NCBI GenBank assembly: GCA_964482725.1
Contig: CAYZYT010000009.1
Span: forward strand, 19,832-83,831
Source: an uncultured bacterium
Lineage (GTDB): Bacteria; Omnitrophota; Omnitrophia; Omnitrophales; Aquincolibacteriaceae
Direction: 5' to 3'
DNA: 64,000 bases
In this document: positions 36,532-45,074 of the stretch, piece by piece
How positions within the stretch are numbered: the first letter of the stretch is position 1
Layout of the letters: each line of letters starts with the position of its first letter
Translations under genes and position numbers: made by a program
Notes under the pieces: generated by a model
What the model saw: the letters and a program-made list of their open reading frames with translations, nothing else
Databases searched by the model: none
What the model was told of the DNA's origin: nothing

Positions 36532-39500
36532 ATGAAGATTTCGAAGGTTTTGGCCTTCATTTTTATATTGCTCCTCCCGCACACTTTTGCCTCTGCGGAT
36601 TGGGTTTGGTCTCCTGAACAGGGGAAATTCATCAATACCGAATCCGAGACTCAAAGTGGTGCCGATGACATCTTCGATAATGCCCTCGATCTTTACAAAG
36701 AAAAGAAGCTCGATAAAGCGACCGAGCAATTCAAGATAGTTCTCAAGCAGTACCCCAAATCCCGCGTGGCTCCTGAATCTCAATACCGGATCGGTACGAT
36801 TTTTGAAGAAACCGGTGATTATGTCGAGGCCCACAAGGCCTATCAGGATTTGATCAAATCCTATCCCCAGAGCGAGCGTTTTGAAGAGGTGATCGAGCGC
36901 GAGTATCAGATCGGGACCATGTTCCTTTCCGGAAAAAAAGGGAAGCTTTTGGGGCTCGATATCCGGCCGTCTTTGCCCTTGGCCATCGAAGTGTTCCAGA
37001 AGATCGTGACGGCGGCGCCTTATGGGGCCTTCGGGGATAAAGCCCAGTTCAGTCTCGGGGTGGCTTATCAAAAGTCCGGGCAGCTTGATAATTCCGTGGA
37101 GGCTTTCCAGGCCTTGATCGATCAGTACCCTCAAAGTAAATTGATCCAGCAGGCCCGTTTGCAGATGGCGGAAGTTTCGTATGCGAAAACCGGAGGTCAG
37201 TCGCGCGATCAGAGCGCGCTTGATGAAGCGGCCCGCCAGGCGCAGGGCTATCTCAAACGATATCCGGGCTCTGAAGAATCTCAGCAAGCCGAAAAGATCA
37301 GCCGGGAAGTGGATGAGCTGAATGCTGAGAAGAACTATCGGATCGGTCTTTATTACGAAAAGGACAATTACCTCGCAAGCGCGCTCATCTATTACTTTGA
37401 TACCGCAAAGCGCTATCCGAATACAAATTGGGGACGGAAGGCGGCGGAAAAACTTCATTCGTTGCAAGAGCCCGTGAAATATCTGAATTCCAAGGCTGAG
37501 GAGTTGAAGAAAGAATTAGCGGCCCTGGAGTCAAAATATCAGGCGTTGGGGGCGGGTCAGAAAGCCGAGCGAAAGCAGCTTGAAAAAGAGATCGCTCAAA
37601 TGAAAAAACGCATTAAGGCGATCGATAAAAACAAGACCGAGAGCTTGGGGCGTCGCAAACAGGACCTGAAGCGTCGCGAACGTGAATTGAATGAAAAGTT
37701 CAAGGAACTCGAACGCAAGAAGAAGCGTTTTAAGAATAATACGTCCCCGGACTTTCAAAAAGCCATTGATCGTTGGCAGGCGTCTCTTGAGGCGGAGCGG
37801 GATGCTTTGGCCGAGGAGAAGGGCCGCCTTGAATCCTGGCGTTCTGAGTTGGGTGTTCCGGATGAAAAGTTCTATGAGAATTTGATCCCCGGCAACCTGA
37901 TCCCGGATAATCTGATCCCGTTCATGGGCAAGTCCGAAACTCCGCTTCAAAAGATCCAGCAGCTGGATGAAAAGGAGCTTTACAAGCTTTCCCGGAAGAA
38001 AAAGGAGCTGCTCGAGAAAAAGGAAAAACTCTACAAACGGTACAGTGAGCTGCAGTCTTTGTTGATACCGGAGCGTTCGGAAAGCGGTTTGAAGCGGAAG
38101 CGTTTGCGCGGTGTTGCAGCCAAGGATCCGAGTAAGCCCATCGACCCGAAACTCTTAGCCCGGGAAAAAGACATCGAGGCTTTGGAGGCTAAGTTGGACG
38201 CGAAAATGGTGCTCTATGAAAAATATTTTGGTAAATCCGCCGAGCAGGAGCTTGAAGCCATGATCGAGAGTCGATCCGCTCCGAAGGCGGCTTTTAATCC
38301 GTTCACGGTCGAGACCGGCGATCTTCCCCAAAAAAGCATCGAAGAATTACTCGAACTGAAAATGCATCTTAGCGAGCAGGTGAAGGCTCAGGAGGACATT
38401 GTTGGAACGCTGACCACCGCTTTTGATAAGGACCTGGCTTTGAAGGAGCAGCAAGCCCTGATGAAGTCCCTTGAAGATGACAAGAAAGTGGATGTGCGTA
38501 AACTCCGCAAGAATATTAAAGGCGTGGAAAAAGAACTCCGTAAATGTTATCAGGATATTCAAGATCGTCAGAAGAATAAGAAGAAGCTTCTTGAGGAACT
38601 GGATGAAACGCTGAATGGGCAAGAGGGCAAGGGGAAGGTTCTGAAAACCCTCGCTAAGCCGATCACAGGCCCCGCCTATCTTGCTAAGGCATTTATTTTC
38701 GGGCTTCCGAACGAAGATGTTACTTTGACGGATGCTGCGAAGAAACCGGGTTCTGACGCAAAGGCCAAAAAACTTCAGGAGGGGATTGAGCTGGAAAGTC
38801 TTATGATCCAGGCGCAGGCGCAGGAGATCAACAAGCTTGAAAAAGATCTTGAGATCCTGAACGCGAAGGCCTCCCTCGCCGGGGGCATGAAATTCAGGAG
38901 TTCCTTCGTCAAGGTCCCGTATGCTTTTATCGAAGAAGCGGTTCAAAGCGCGCAACGAGTGGTCCCCCGAAAGAGTCGAAAGGATGTGCTTCTGAATCGC
39001 TTGGACAACCAGACCCGAGAGTTGGAGCGCTTTAAAGCTGAATTGGAGGCGACGGAGGCTATGATTAAGGAAAAGACTCCCCCCCCGCCTCCGCCCGTCG
39101 ATGTTGCGGTGTCAGGAACGGATGCAGAGAAAAAAGAAAAAACCGAACCTGCCCCGGATGAGAGACAGCTACGGGACGATGCGATGAGTCTGCGGGAGCA
39201 ACTCGAGATCGCCTACAGTATCTATGCACAGGAACAAGGCGTCGCGCTCGGGGACGAGGGGAAGAAGGAAAGTCCTAAAGATGCCGAAGGCGCCCGGAGA
39301 TACAAAGAATACAAGGAAGCGGGGGTTGAACTCTCCGGAGTGATCGATCAAGAACTCGCGATCGAACAGCAGGAGAGAGAGATCCTTGAAAAACGGATCC
39401 TGGAGGCTGACAAAGTGATACCGACCGTGACTTCCAAAGCGATGCAGCAGGATCTCGAGACCGAAAAGGATCGCATCGGGCAGCGTCTTTCGGACTTGGC

Positions 39501-39552
39501 CACGCGGCATGATTTTCTTTCCAAGGAAAAAGAACGTTTCAGCGCTAAGTGA
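36532..39552 (+). CDS. BamD/YfiO-like TPR lipoprotein N-domain fused to ~750-aa K/E-rich coiled coil
   Basis: Signal peptide; YPKSRVAPESQYRIGTIFEETGDYVEAHKAYQDLIKSYPQSERFEEVIEREYQIG; long heptad-rich tail; tandem NLIPGNLIPDNLIP. Confidence 0.6.
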   Translation: MKISKVLAFIFILLLPHTFASADWVWSPEQGKFINTESETQSGADDIFDNALDLYKEKKLDKATEQFKIVLKQYPKSRVAPESQYRIGTIFEETGDYVEAHKAYQDLIKSYPQSERFEEVIEREYQIGTMFLSGKKGKLLGLDIRPSLPLAIEVFQKIVTAAPYGAFGDKAQFSLGVAYQKSGQLDNSVEAFQALIDQYPQSKLIQQARLQMAEVSYAKTGGQSRDQSALDEAARQAQGYLKRYPGSEESQQAEKISREVDELNAEKNYRIGLYYEKDNYLASALIYYFDTAKRYPNTNWGRKAAEKLHSLQEPVKYLNSKAEELKKELAALESKYQALGAGQKAERKQLEKEIAQMKKRIKAIDKNKTESLGRRKQDLKRRERELNEKFKELERKKKRFKNNTSPDFQKAIDRWQASLEAERDALAEEKGRLESWRSELGVPDEKFYENLIPGNLIPDNLIPFMGKSETPLQKIQQLDEKELYKLSRKKKELLEKKEKLYKRYSELQSLLIPERSESGLKRKRLRGVAAKDPSKPIDPKLLAREKDIEALEAKLDAKMVLYEKYFGKSAEQELEAMIESRSAPKAAFNPFTVETGDLPQKSIEELLELKMHLSEQVKAQEDIVGTLTTAFDKDLALKEQQALMKSLEDDKKVDVRKLRKNIKGVEKELRKCYQDIQDRQKNKKKLLEELDETLNGQEGKGKVLKTLAKPITGPAYLAKAFIFGLPNEDVTLTDAAKKPGSDAKAKKLQEGIELESLMIQAQAQEINKLEKDLEILNAKASLAGGMKFRSSFVKVPYAFIEEAVQSAQRVVPRKSRKDVLLNRLDNQTRELERFKAELEATEAMIKEKTPPPPPPVDVAVSGTDAEKKEKTEPAPDERQLRDDAMSLREQLEIAYSIYAQEQGVALGDEGKKESPKDAEGARRYKEYKEAGVELSGVIDQELAIEQQEREILEKRILEADKVIPTVTSKAMQQDLETEKDRIGQRLSDLATRHDFLSKEKERFSAK

Positions 39553-39565
39553 CGAACGAGGACTT

Positions 39566-40093
39566 ATGATGAAAAATCTGCGAGGGTGGGGGATAGTTTT
39601 TTTGGTGACAGCGGTGATCTTGAGCGGTTGTGGCTATACTCGAAAGACCGTGCTTCCGCGCAACATCAAAACGATTTATATCGAAACAGTAAAAAACAAA
39701 CTGGATGCCGAGAAACTCTATGCCTATCAGCCCGGACTCGAAATGGACATCACCAACGCGGTGATCCAGAGGATCCACCAGGATGGCACTTTAAAAATTG
39801 TGGAACAGAAGAAGGCCGACGCGTTCCTGAAAACGGAGCTGGTGTCCCTGGATCAGGAGGGGCTCCGGTTCACTTCTTTGGAAGGCGTGGCGCAATACCG
39901 TCTTTTTATCGTCGTCCGGATGAAGCTTGTGGACGCGAAGACGGGAGATATCATCTGGGAAGAGCCGAATTTCTCGGGAGATACCGAGTACTATGTGACC
40001 ACCGTGACGTCGATCGGCGAGCAGAAAGCGGCCGTGGATGCCGTCCATCGCCTCGCGTATAACATTGTGGATCGCATTACCGAAGACTGGTAA
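39566..40093 (+). CDS. lptE: LPS-assembly lipoprotein LptE
   Basis: Lipobox VILSGCGY; size and position immediately upstream of holA as in leuS-lptE-holA of proteobacteria. Confidence 0.6.
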   Translation: MMKNLRGWGIVFLVTAVILSGCGYTRKTVLPRNIKTIYIETVKNKLDAEKLYAYQPGLEMDITNAVIQRIHQDGTLKIVEQKKADAFLKTELVSLDQEGLRFTSLEGVAQYRLFIVVRMKLVDAKTGDIIWEEPNFSGDTEYYVTTVTSIGEQKAAVDAVHRLAYNIVDRITEDW

Positions 40094-40103
40094 GGTCTTT
40101 TCC

Positions 40104-41057
40104 TTGCCGCCCCTTGTGAATACCGACGTGTTCCTCATTGCCGGGGATCCTTTTCTCCGAACCCAAAAAGCCAAGACTCTTGTCGCCGGGATCGAAAAAA
40201 AATCCGGCGGTCCTCTTGCGCATCAGACCTTCAACCTGGACGAAACACCTTTTGAATCCGTTCTTGCTGCGGCCAGGACCTTGCCGTTCTTTGCATCGGG
40301 CCAGGTGATCTCGGCTCTAGGCGCCGGGGCTTTAAAGGATTCGGATCTTGCCGTGCTGGCCGCTTATCTTGGAAATCCCGCGCCCGGAACCACGCTGATC
40401 CTGGAATCGGATGATCTTAAAGGTGCTGCCGAGCTTCAAAAACTCATTAAAGCCAAGGGGCAGTTGATCCTTCTGGCAAAAGAAGAGGCTCGCGGGGCCG
40501 GCGCGACGTTCATTCAGCAAAAACTCGTGCAATATCACAAGACGATGGCCTCCGGGGCCAAGGCTCGGATCCTCGCCATGTGCGGGGATGCGGTGATGTT
40601 CCTGGACACCATCCTTGAGCGACTCGTGCAATTCGCAGGGGATCAGCCAGAGATCGATGAGGACATGGTCAACCGGTTCGAAGAGAACTGGACGGAGATG
40701 GATGTTTTTAAACTTACGAACGCTTTGGTGGACCGTGATCCGGCGCGGGCACTAAAAGTTTTTCGCGACTTGATGGAGTTCTATGAAGCGGATCTTTTTT
40801 CTGTGGTCGGGATCCTGCATTGGCAGCTTCGGCAATTGTGGCAGGCCGCCATGCTTTTAGCCTCGGGAGTTTCCGAGCGAGAGATCAGTTCCAAGCTCCG
40901 GATGTCTCCGAGTCGAGTGAGTGCGTTAAGGCGATTTTCTGTCGAGCGATTAGAATCAGCCGTAGAGGCCCTCTATCAGATCGACCGGAAGTCCAAGAGT
41001 GGGCAAGTCGACGGCGTTGCGGGATTGGAAGCTTGGCTTTTAGAATATACAGCTTAG
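40104..41057 (+). CDS. holA: DNA polymerase III delta subunit HolA (start uncertain; TTG with AAGG RBS chosen; track ORF starts 40038)
   Basis: DVFLIAGDPFLRTQKAKTL ... delta-subunit fold length ~320 aa. Confidence 0.6.
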   Translation: MPPLVNTDVFLIAGDPFLRTQKAKTLVAGIEKKSGGPLAHQTFNLDETPFESVLAAARTLPFFASGQVISALGAGALKDSDLAVLAAYLGNPAPGTTLILESDDLKGAAELQKLIKAKGQLILLAKEEARGAGATFIQQKLVQYHKTMASGAKARILAMCGDAVMFLDTILERLVQFAGDQPEIDEDMVNRFEENWTEMDVFKLTNALVDRDPARALKVFRDLMEFYEADLFSVVGILHWQLRQLWQAAMLLASGVSEREISSKLRMSPSRVSALRRFSVERLESAVEALYQIDRKSKSGQVDGVAGLEAWLLEYTA

Positions 41058-41117
41058 GTTGCAACACAAAAGGGGACAGGCATCAATGGCTTGCCTGTCC
41101 CCAAAAGTGTTTTGAGA

Positions 41118-41381
41118 CTATTTTTTCTTGAGTTTTGCGAGGAAAAGCGCGATGCGGGATTTTCTCCGGTCTGCGCGGCCGTGCGGGATCACCCCTTTGG
41201 TGACCGCATGATCATAACGGGCAATCAACGTTGCGGCGACGCCCTGGGCCTTTTCGGGCTCTGCGGCGAGTTGGGCCAGTTTTTTGCTGAGAGATTTCAG
41301 CTCAGAAAGAACCGCCATGTTTTTTGCGCGTTTTTTAGCATCACTTCGAATACGTTTTGCAGCGGAACGAATATTGGGCAT
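41118..41381 (-). CDS. rpsT: 30S ribosomal protein S20
   Basis: MPNIRSAAKRIRSDAKKRAKNMAVLSELKS...GVIPHGRADRRKSRI; 87 aa. Confidence 0.85.
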   Translation of the reverse strand: MPNIRSAAKRIRSDAKKRAKNMAVLSELKSLSKKLAQLAAEPEKAQGVAATLIARYDHAVTKGVIPHGRADRRKSRIALFLAKLKKK

Positions 41382-41484
41382 TTCGATGACTCCTTTAGGT
41401 GAAAAAAGTGGCGACAATGTAACACGGGGCTCCTGTTCTGTCAATCCGCATCCCCAAGGACAGAAAAGCGGAAAACATCATCTC

Positions 41485-43071
41485 ATGAAAGCTGCCGCGG
41501 TGGTGGCGGTGATGACCCTGATCGGGCGCATTTTGGGGCTTATTCGCGATATTGTGAGCGCTAAAAGCTTCGGGACGAATTGGCACTACGACGCCTTCCT
41601 CTATGCGTTCATGCTTCCCAACCTTTTTCGCCGCATCGTCGGCGAAGGCGGGCTTACAAGCGCTTTTATTCCGGTTTATAACGAGATCGGAGAAAAACAG
41701 GGGCGTGCGGAAGCGTTCCGCTTCGCGAATATCACGATCAGTTTTCTAAGCCTTGCTCTTTTTGCCTTCATTCTGGGGGTGGAAGGAGTTTTGAATATTC
41801 TCTTAAAGATCGGTTTTCAGTCCCAGACGGTGATGTTGACCCTGGAACTGTCGCGCATTCTCTTTCCTTATCTCTGGTTCCTGTCCCTTTACGCTCTCGG
41901 GATGGGGATCTTGAACAGCCACCGTCACTTTCTTGCGCCCGCCATGGGTCCCGCGATCCTCGATCTTGTGTGGATCGGCGCGGTGCTCTGGGTGCCCTCC
42001 TGGGTGGGACATGATTATCTGGCGAAAATAAGCTGGCTTTCCTATGTGATCCTTTTGGGCGGGTTCCTGCATGTGGCGGTGGAGCTTCCGCCGCTTCGCA
42101 AGCTCGGTTTCAAATTCCACTGGGTCTGGAATACCGGTTATGAAGGTCTTAAGAAGACCTGGAAACTTTTGCTCCCGGTGGTGCTGAGTTTTGCGGTCGT
42201 TCAGATCAATATTACCGTGGATATGACGCTCGGGCTGGCGATTGGACCGGGTGCGAATTCAAGTCTTTGGTATGGGAACCGGCTCATGCAGTTCCCGCTC
42301 GGTGTGTTTGCGCTCGCGATGGGGACCGCTCTTTTGCCGATGCTCGCGCAGCAGATCGCGCGGGGCGAGAAAGAGGCGTCTCGGAAAACACTTTCGTTTG
42401 CGCTCAGGAGTATTTTCTTTATCATCATTCCTTCCTCGGTCGGGTTGATTGTGCTTCGGGAACCGATCATCCGGATGCTTTTTGAGCGGGGCGAATTTGA
42501 TGCCGTTTCGACCGCGCGCAGTTCTGCCGTTTTGCTGGGGTACACGATCGGACTTTTTGCTTTTGCGGGACAAAAGATCATGAATAGCGGTTACTACGCG
42601 GCGCATGATTCAAAAACGCCGATGATGACGTCTGTGATTTCACTCCTCTCGAATATTGTTTTTAGCGTGATTTTGATGATTCCGTTCAAGGAAGCGGGGC
42701 TTGCGCTGGGGACCTCGATCTCCGGTATTCTCCAATTGGGGCAGTTGGTTTATTTCTATCCTAAAAAAGTGGGGGAGTTCCCGTTCCGCGAGGTCGGAGC
42801 TTCTTTCCTGCGCATCCTGCTGGCATCCCTTGTGATGGGCGTGATAGGTCACTATGGTTTAAAGCTTTTTCAGTTTTGGCTTCCGGGGCAAAGCACGAAG
42901 ATGCAACTGCTTCAGGTGTTTGGCAGCATCACCCTTGCCACGGTGGCTTATCTGGGACTGTGCCTCGCGTGCCATGTTCCTGAAGCGAAGGAAGCCTGGG
43001 CCTGGTTCCGGAGAAAGAAAAAGCCCGCGGCCGATCCTCTGGAAGTGGAAAAGTTGATCGATGGTGCGTAA
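41485..43071 (+). CDS. murJ: Lipid II flippase MurJ (MviN)
   Basis: MKAAAVVAVMTLIGRILGLIRDIVSAKSFGTNWHYDAFLYAFMLPNLFRRIVGEGGLTSAFIPVY. Confidence 0.85.
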   Translation: MKAAAVVAVMTLIGRILGLIRDIVSAKSFGTNWHYDAFLYAFMLPNLFRRIVGEGGLTSAFIPVYNEIGEKQGRAEAFRFANITISFLSLALFAFILGVEGVLNILLKIGFQSQTVMLTLELSRILFPYLWFLSLYALGMGILNSHRHFLAPAMGPAILDLVWIGAVLWVPSWVGHDYLAKISWLSYVILLGGFLHVAVELPPLRKLGFKFHWVWNTGYEGLKKTWKLLLPVVLSFAVVQINITVDMTLGLAIGPGANSSLWYGNRLMQFPLGVFALAMGTALLPMLAQQIARGEKEASRKTLSFALRSIFFIIIPSSVGLIVLREPIIRMLFERGEFDAVSTARSSAVLLGYTIGLFAFAGQKIMNSGYYAAHDSKTPMMTSVISLLSNIVFSVILMIPFKEAGLALGTSISGILQLGQLVYFYPKKVGEFPFREVGASFLRILLASLVMGVIGHYGLKLFQFWLPGQSTKMQLLQVFGSITLATVAYLGLCLACHVPEAKEAWAWFRRKKKPAADPLEVEKLIDGA

Positions 43072-44584
43072 AAAAAAGGATGGAGGATGGAGGATGGAGG
43101 ATGGCGTCGAGCGGAAAGCCAAAACGCCCTCCGCCCTCCGCCCTCCGTCCCCCGAACCGCTGAAATTGCTTCGTCCTTTCGTGGAAAGAATGCCGCTCAC
43201 TTCCGGCATCTACCTCATGAAAGACGCCCGGGGAACGATCCTCTACATCGGCAAGGCGAAATCTCTCCGGAAAAGAGTGCGGTCATATTTTAAGATTCCT
43301 GCCCCGATCCCCAAGATCACGATCCTGATGGGAAAAGTGAGGGCGATCGACCACATCGATACCCCGACGGAAGTTGATGCGCTGCTTCTTGAAGCTCATC
43401 TGATCCGCAAGCACCAGCCCCGCTACAATCAGGATCTGAAAGATGATAAGAGCTTTCCGCTTTTTAAGATCACACGCGAGAAATTCCCGAAGCTTTCGGT
43501 CACGCGACAAAAAGGGGACGGCAAGGCGGATTATTACGGTCCCTATACGGACGCGAAACTTTTGCGACAGGCCTTGAATTTGATACAGGCGCTTTTTCCG
43601 ATCAGAAAATGCCAAGCGTTGCCTAAAACGGCATGCCTCTATCATCATATTGGACAGTGCCTTGCCCCGTGTATCAAGCCGGAAGTGAAACCGGAATACG
43701 ACCGCCTGATCCATGAGGTGAAGCGTTTCCTGGGAGGTGGCAAAAAAAGTTTTGTGCAGTATCTCAATGACAGAATGGAGCGGGCGAGCCAGGCGTTGCA
43801 ATTTGAGGACGCGCAATTTTTTAAGGAACAGATCGACGCGCTTTCCAAGCTCCGGAAAAAGCGTTTTCTTCCCAAAAATCCGGGGCAAGGGATTTCTCTT
43901 TCGGCGACGATCGAGCTCAAGCAACGACTCAAGCTGGAGAGGATCCCTGAACGTATCGTTTGTTTCGATGTCTCGAATGTGCAGGGCGATCAGGCGGTTG
44001 CTTCCAAGGTGAGTTTTTACCGGGAGCTGCCCGACAAGTTCGGGTACCGCCGCTACAAGATCCGGGGAGTTTCCGGGATCAACGACTATGCCATGATCGC
44101 CGAAGCTTTGACGCGTATGCTTTGCGGTATCAAGGAAGGCCGGGAAGAATTTATACCGGATCTTATTATGATCGATGGCGGGAGAGGGCATCTCAATACT
44201 GCGGCCAGGGTCCTCGCCCGGGAGGGGATGACCTCGATCGATATTGTTTCCATCGCCAAACAGTTCGAGTGGATCCATTCTCCGAAGTTCCTGGGGCCGC
44301 TTGTCCTGGCCTCGGATTCACCCGCGCTTTATCTCCTAAAAAAAGTGCGGGATGAGGCCCACCGGTTCGCCATCACCTATCACAGGAAGCTCAAGTCAAA
44401 GGCCCTGCAGCGATCGGCCCTAGATGATATCCCGGGGATTGGCGGGAAGCTTAAACGTATCTTGCTCGGTCATTTTAATTCCGTCGAGGAGATCCGGAGC
44501 GCCAGCATGGAAAAGCTTCGTGCCGCTCCGGGTATTGATCCGAAAACGGCTAAGGCGGTTCATACCTACTTTTCACCTCGTTAG
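43061..44584 (+). CDS. uvrC: Excinuclease ABC subunit C (UvrC), short form; start overlaps murJ stop; 5' end contains heptamer repeats
   Basis: GIY-YIG: SGIYLMKDARGTILYIGKAKSLRKRVRSYF; Cys cluster CQALPKTACLYHHIGQCLAPC; C-terminal HhH. Confidence 0.8.
   Translation: MVRKKKDGGWRMEDGVERKAKTPSALRPPSPEPLKLLRPFVERMPLTSGIYLMKDARGTILYIGKAKSLRKRVRSYFKIPAPIPKITILMGKVRAIDHIDTPTEVDALLLEAHLIRKHQPRYNQDLKDDKSFPLFKITREKFPKLSVTRQKGDGKADYYGPYTDAKLLRQALNLIQALFPIRKCQALPKTACLYHHIGQCLAPCIKPEVKPEYDRLIHEVKRFLGGGKKSFVQYLNDRMERASQALQFEDAQFFKEQIDALSKLRKKRFLPKNPGQGISLSATIELKQRLKLERIPERIVCFDVSNVQGDQAVASKVSFYRELPDKFGYRRYKIRGVSGINDYAMIAEALTRMLCGIKEGREEFIPDLIMIDGGRGHLNTAARVLAREGMTSIDIVSIAKQFEWIHSPKFLGPLVLASDSPALYLLKKVRDEAHRFAITYHRKLKSKALQRSALDDIPGIGGKLKRILLGHFNSVEEIRSASMEKLRAAPGIDPKTAKAVHTYFSPR
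43077..43152 (+). repeat. Heptamer-tandem element: (GGATGGA)x3.5 - spacer - (GCCCTCC)x3
   Basis: Seen directly; in-frame at uvrC 5' end (encodes KDGGWRMEDG...PSALRPPSPEP). Confidence 0.7.
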
Positions 44585-44807
44585 TCTCTTGTTTTAAGTT
44601 GTCTGTCGAGAATAAATCGCTGCATTGGCGCTATGCGCTGCTATGAATCGATAGTTGCATTTTAGGCGATTTATAACATTTTAAGCCGCCTCAAGGTCCG
44701 ATTTCCTGCCGAAATAAAATCGTTAAATTTCACAAAAAAAGAGGCTGTGCCCTTGCGGATGTCCGATTATGTGTTATCTTTTCATAAGACTTTAGAAATC
44801 AAAGAAT

Positions 44808-45029
44808 GGCCGTTCCAATACTCATCAATCCCAGCTTCCGAAAAGATGAAATTGGGGCGGCCATAACGACCATTGTTGTAAAAAAATAGCACGTTAAGGC
44901 CGTCCCAATACCATGCAATCGAAGCGTAGCTGAGATTGGGGCGGTCTTGACTACCGTTCAGTAAAATAAATCTGAAGTCAAGGCCGTCCCGATACATATC
45001 GATTTCACGGAGTTGAAATCGGGGCGGTC
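44808..45029 (+). repeat. Tandem array of three ~50-nt hairpin units (GGCCGTyCCrAT-N24-31-ATyGGGGCGGyC) with ~35-nt palindromic spacers
   Basis: 12-bp stems perfect only when G.U pairs allowed (plus-strand RNA); copy 3 carries compensatory CCCGAT/ATCGGG. Confidence 0.7.
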
Positions 45030-45074
45030 GTAATTACCATTAGTTAAAAGAAATAAAAATTACGGCCGAGGCAA

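Noticed and set aside
44808-45040. Possible CRISPR array upstream of giant gene 2 (regularly spaced ~85-90-nt periodicity)
   Set aside because: Repeats are not identical, each 'repeat' is itself an interrupted palindrome whose centre varies, spacers are also palindromic, only 3 units, and no cas genes are present. Interpreted instead as a tandem hairpin/REP-like or RNA-structure array
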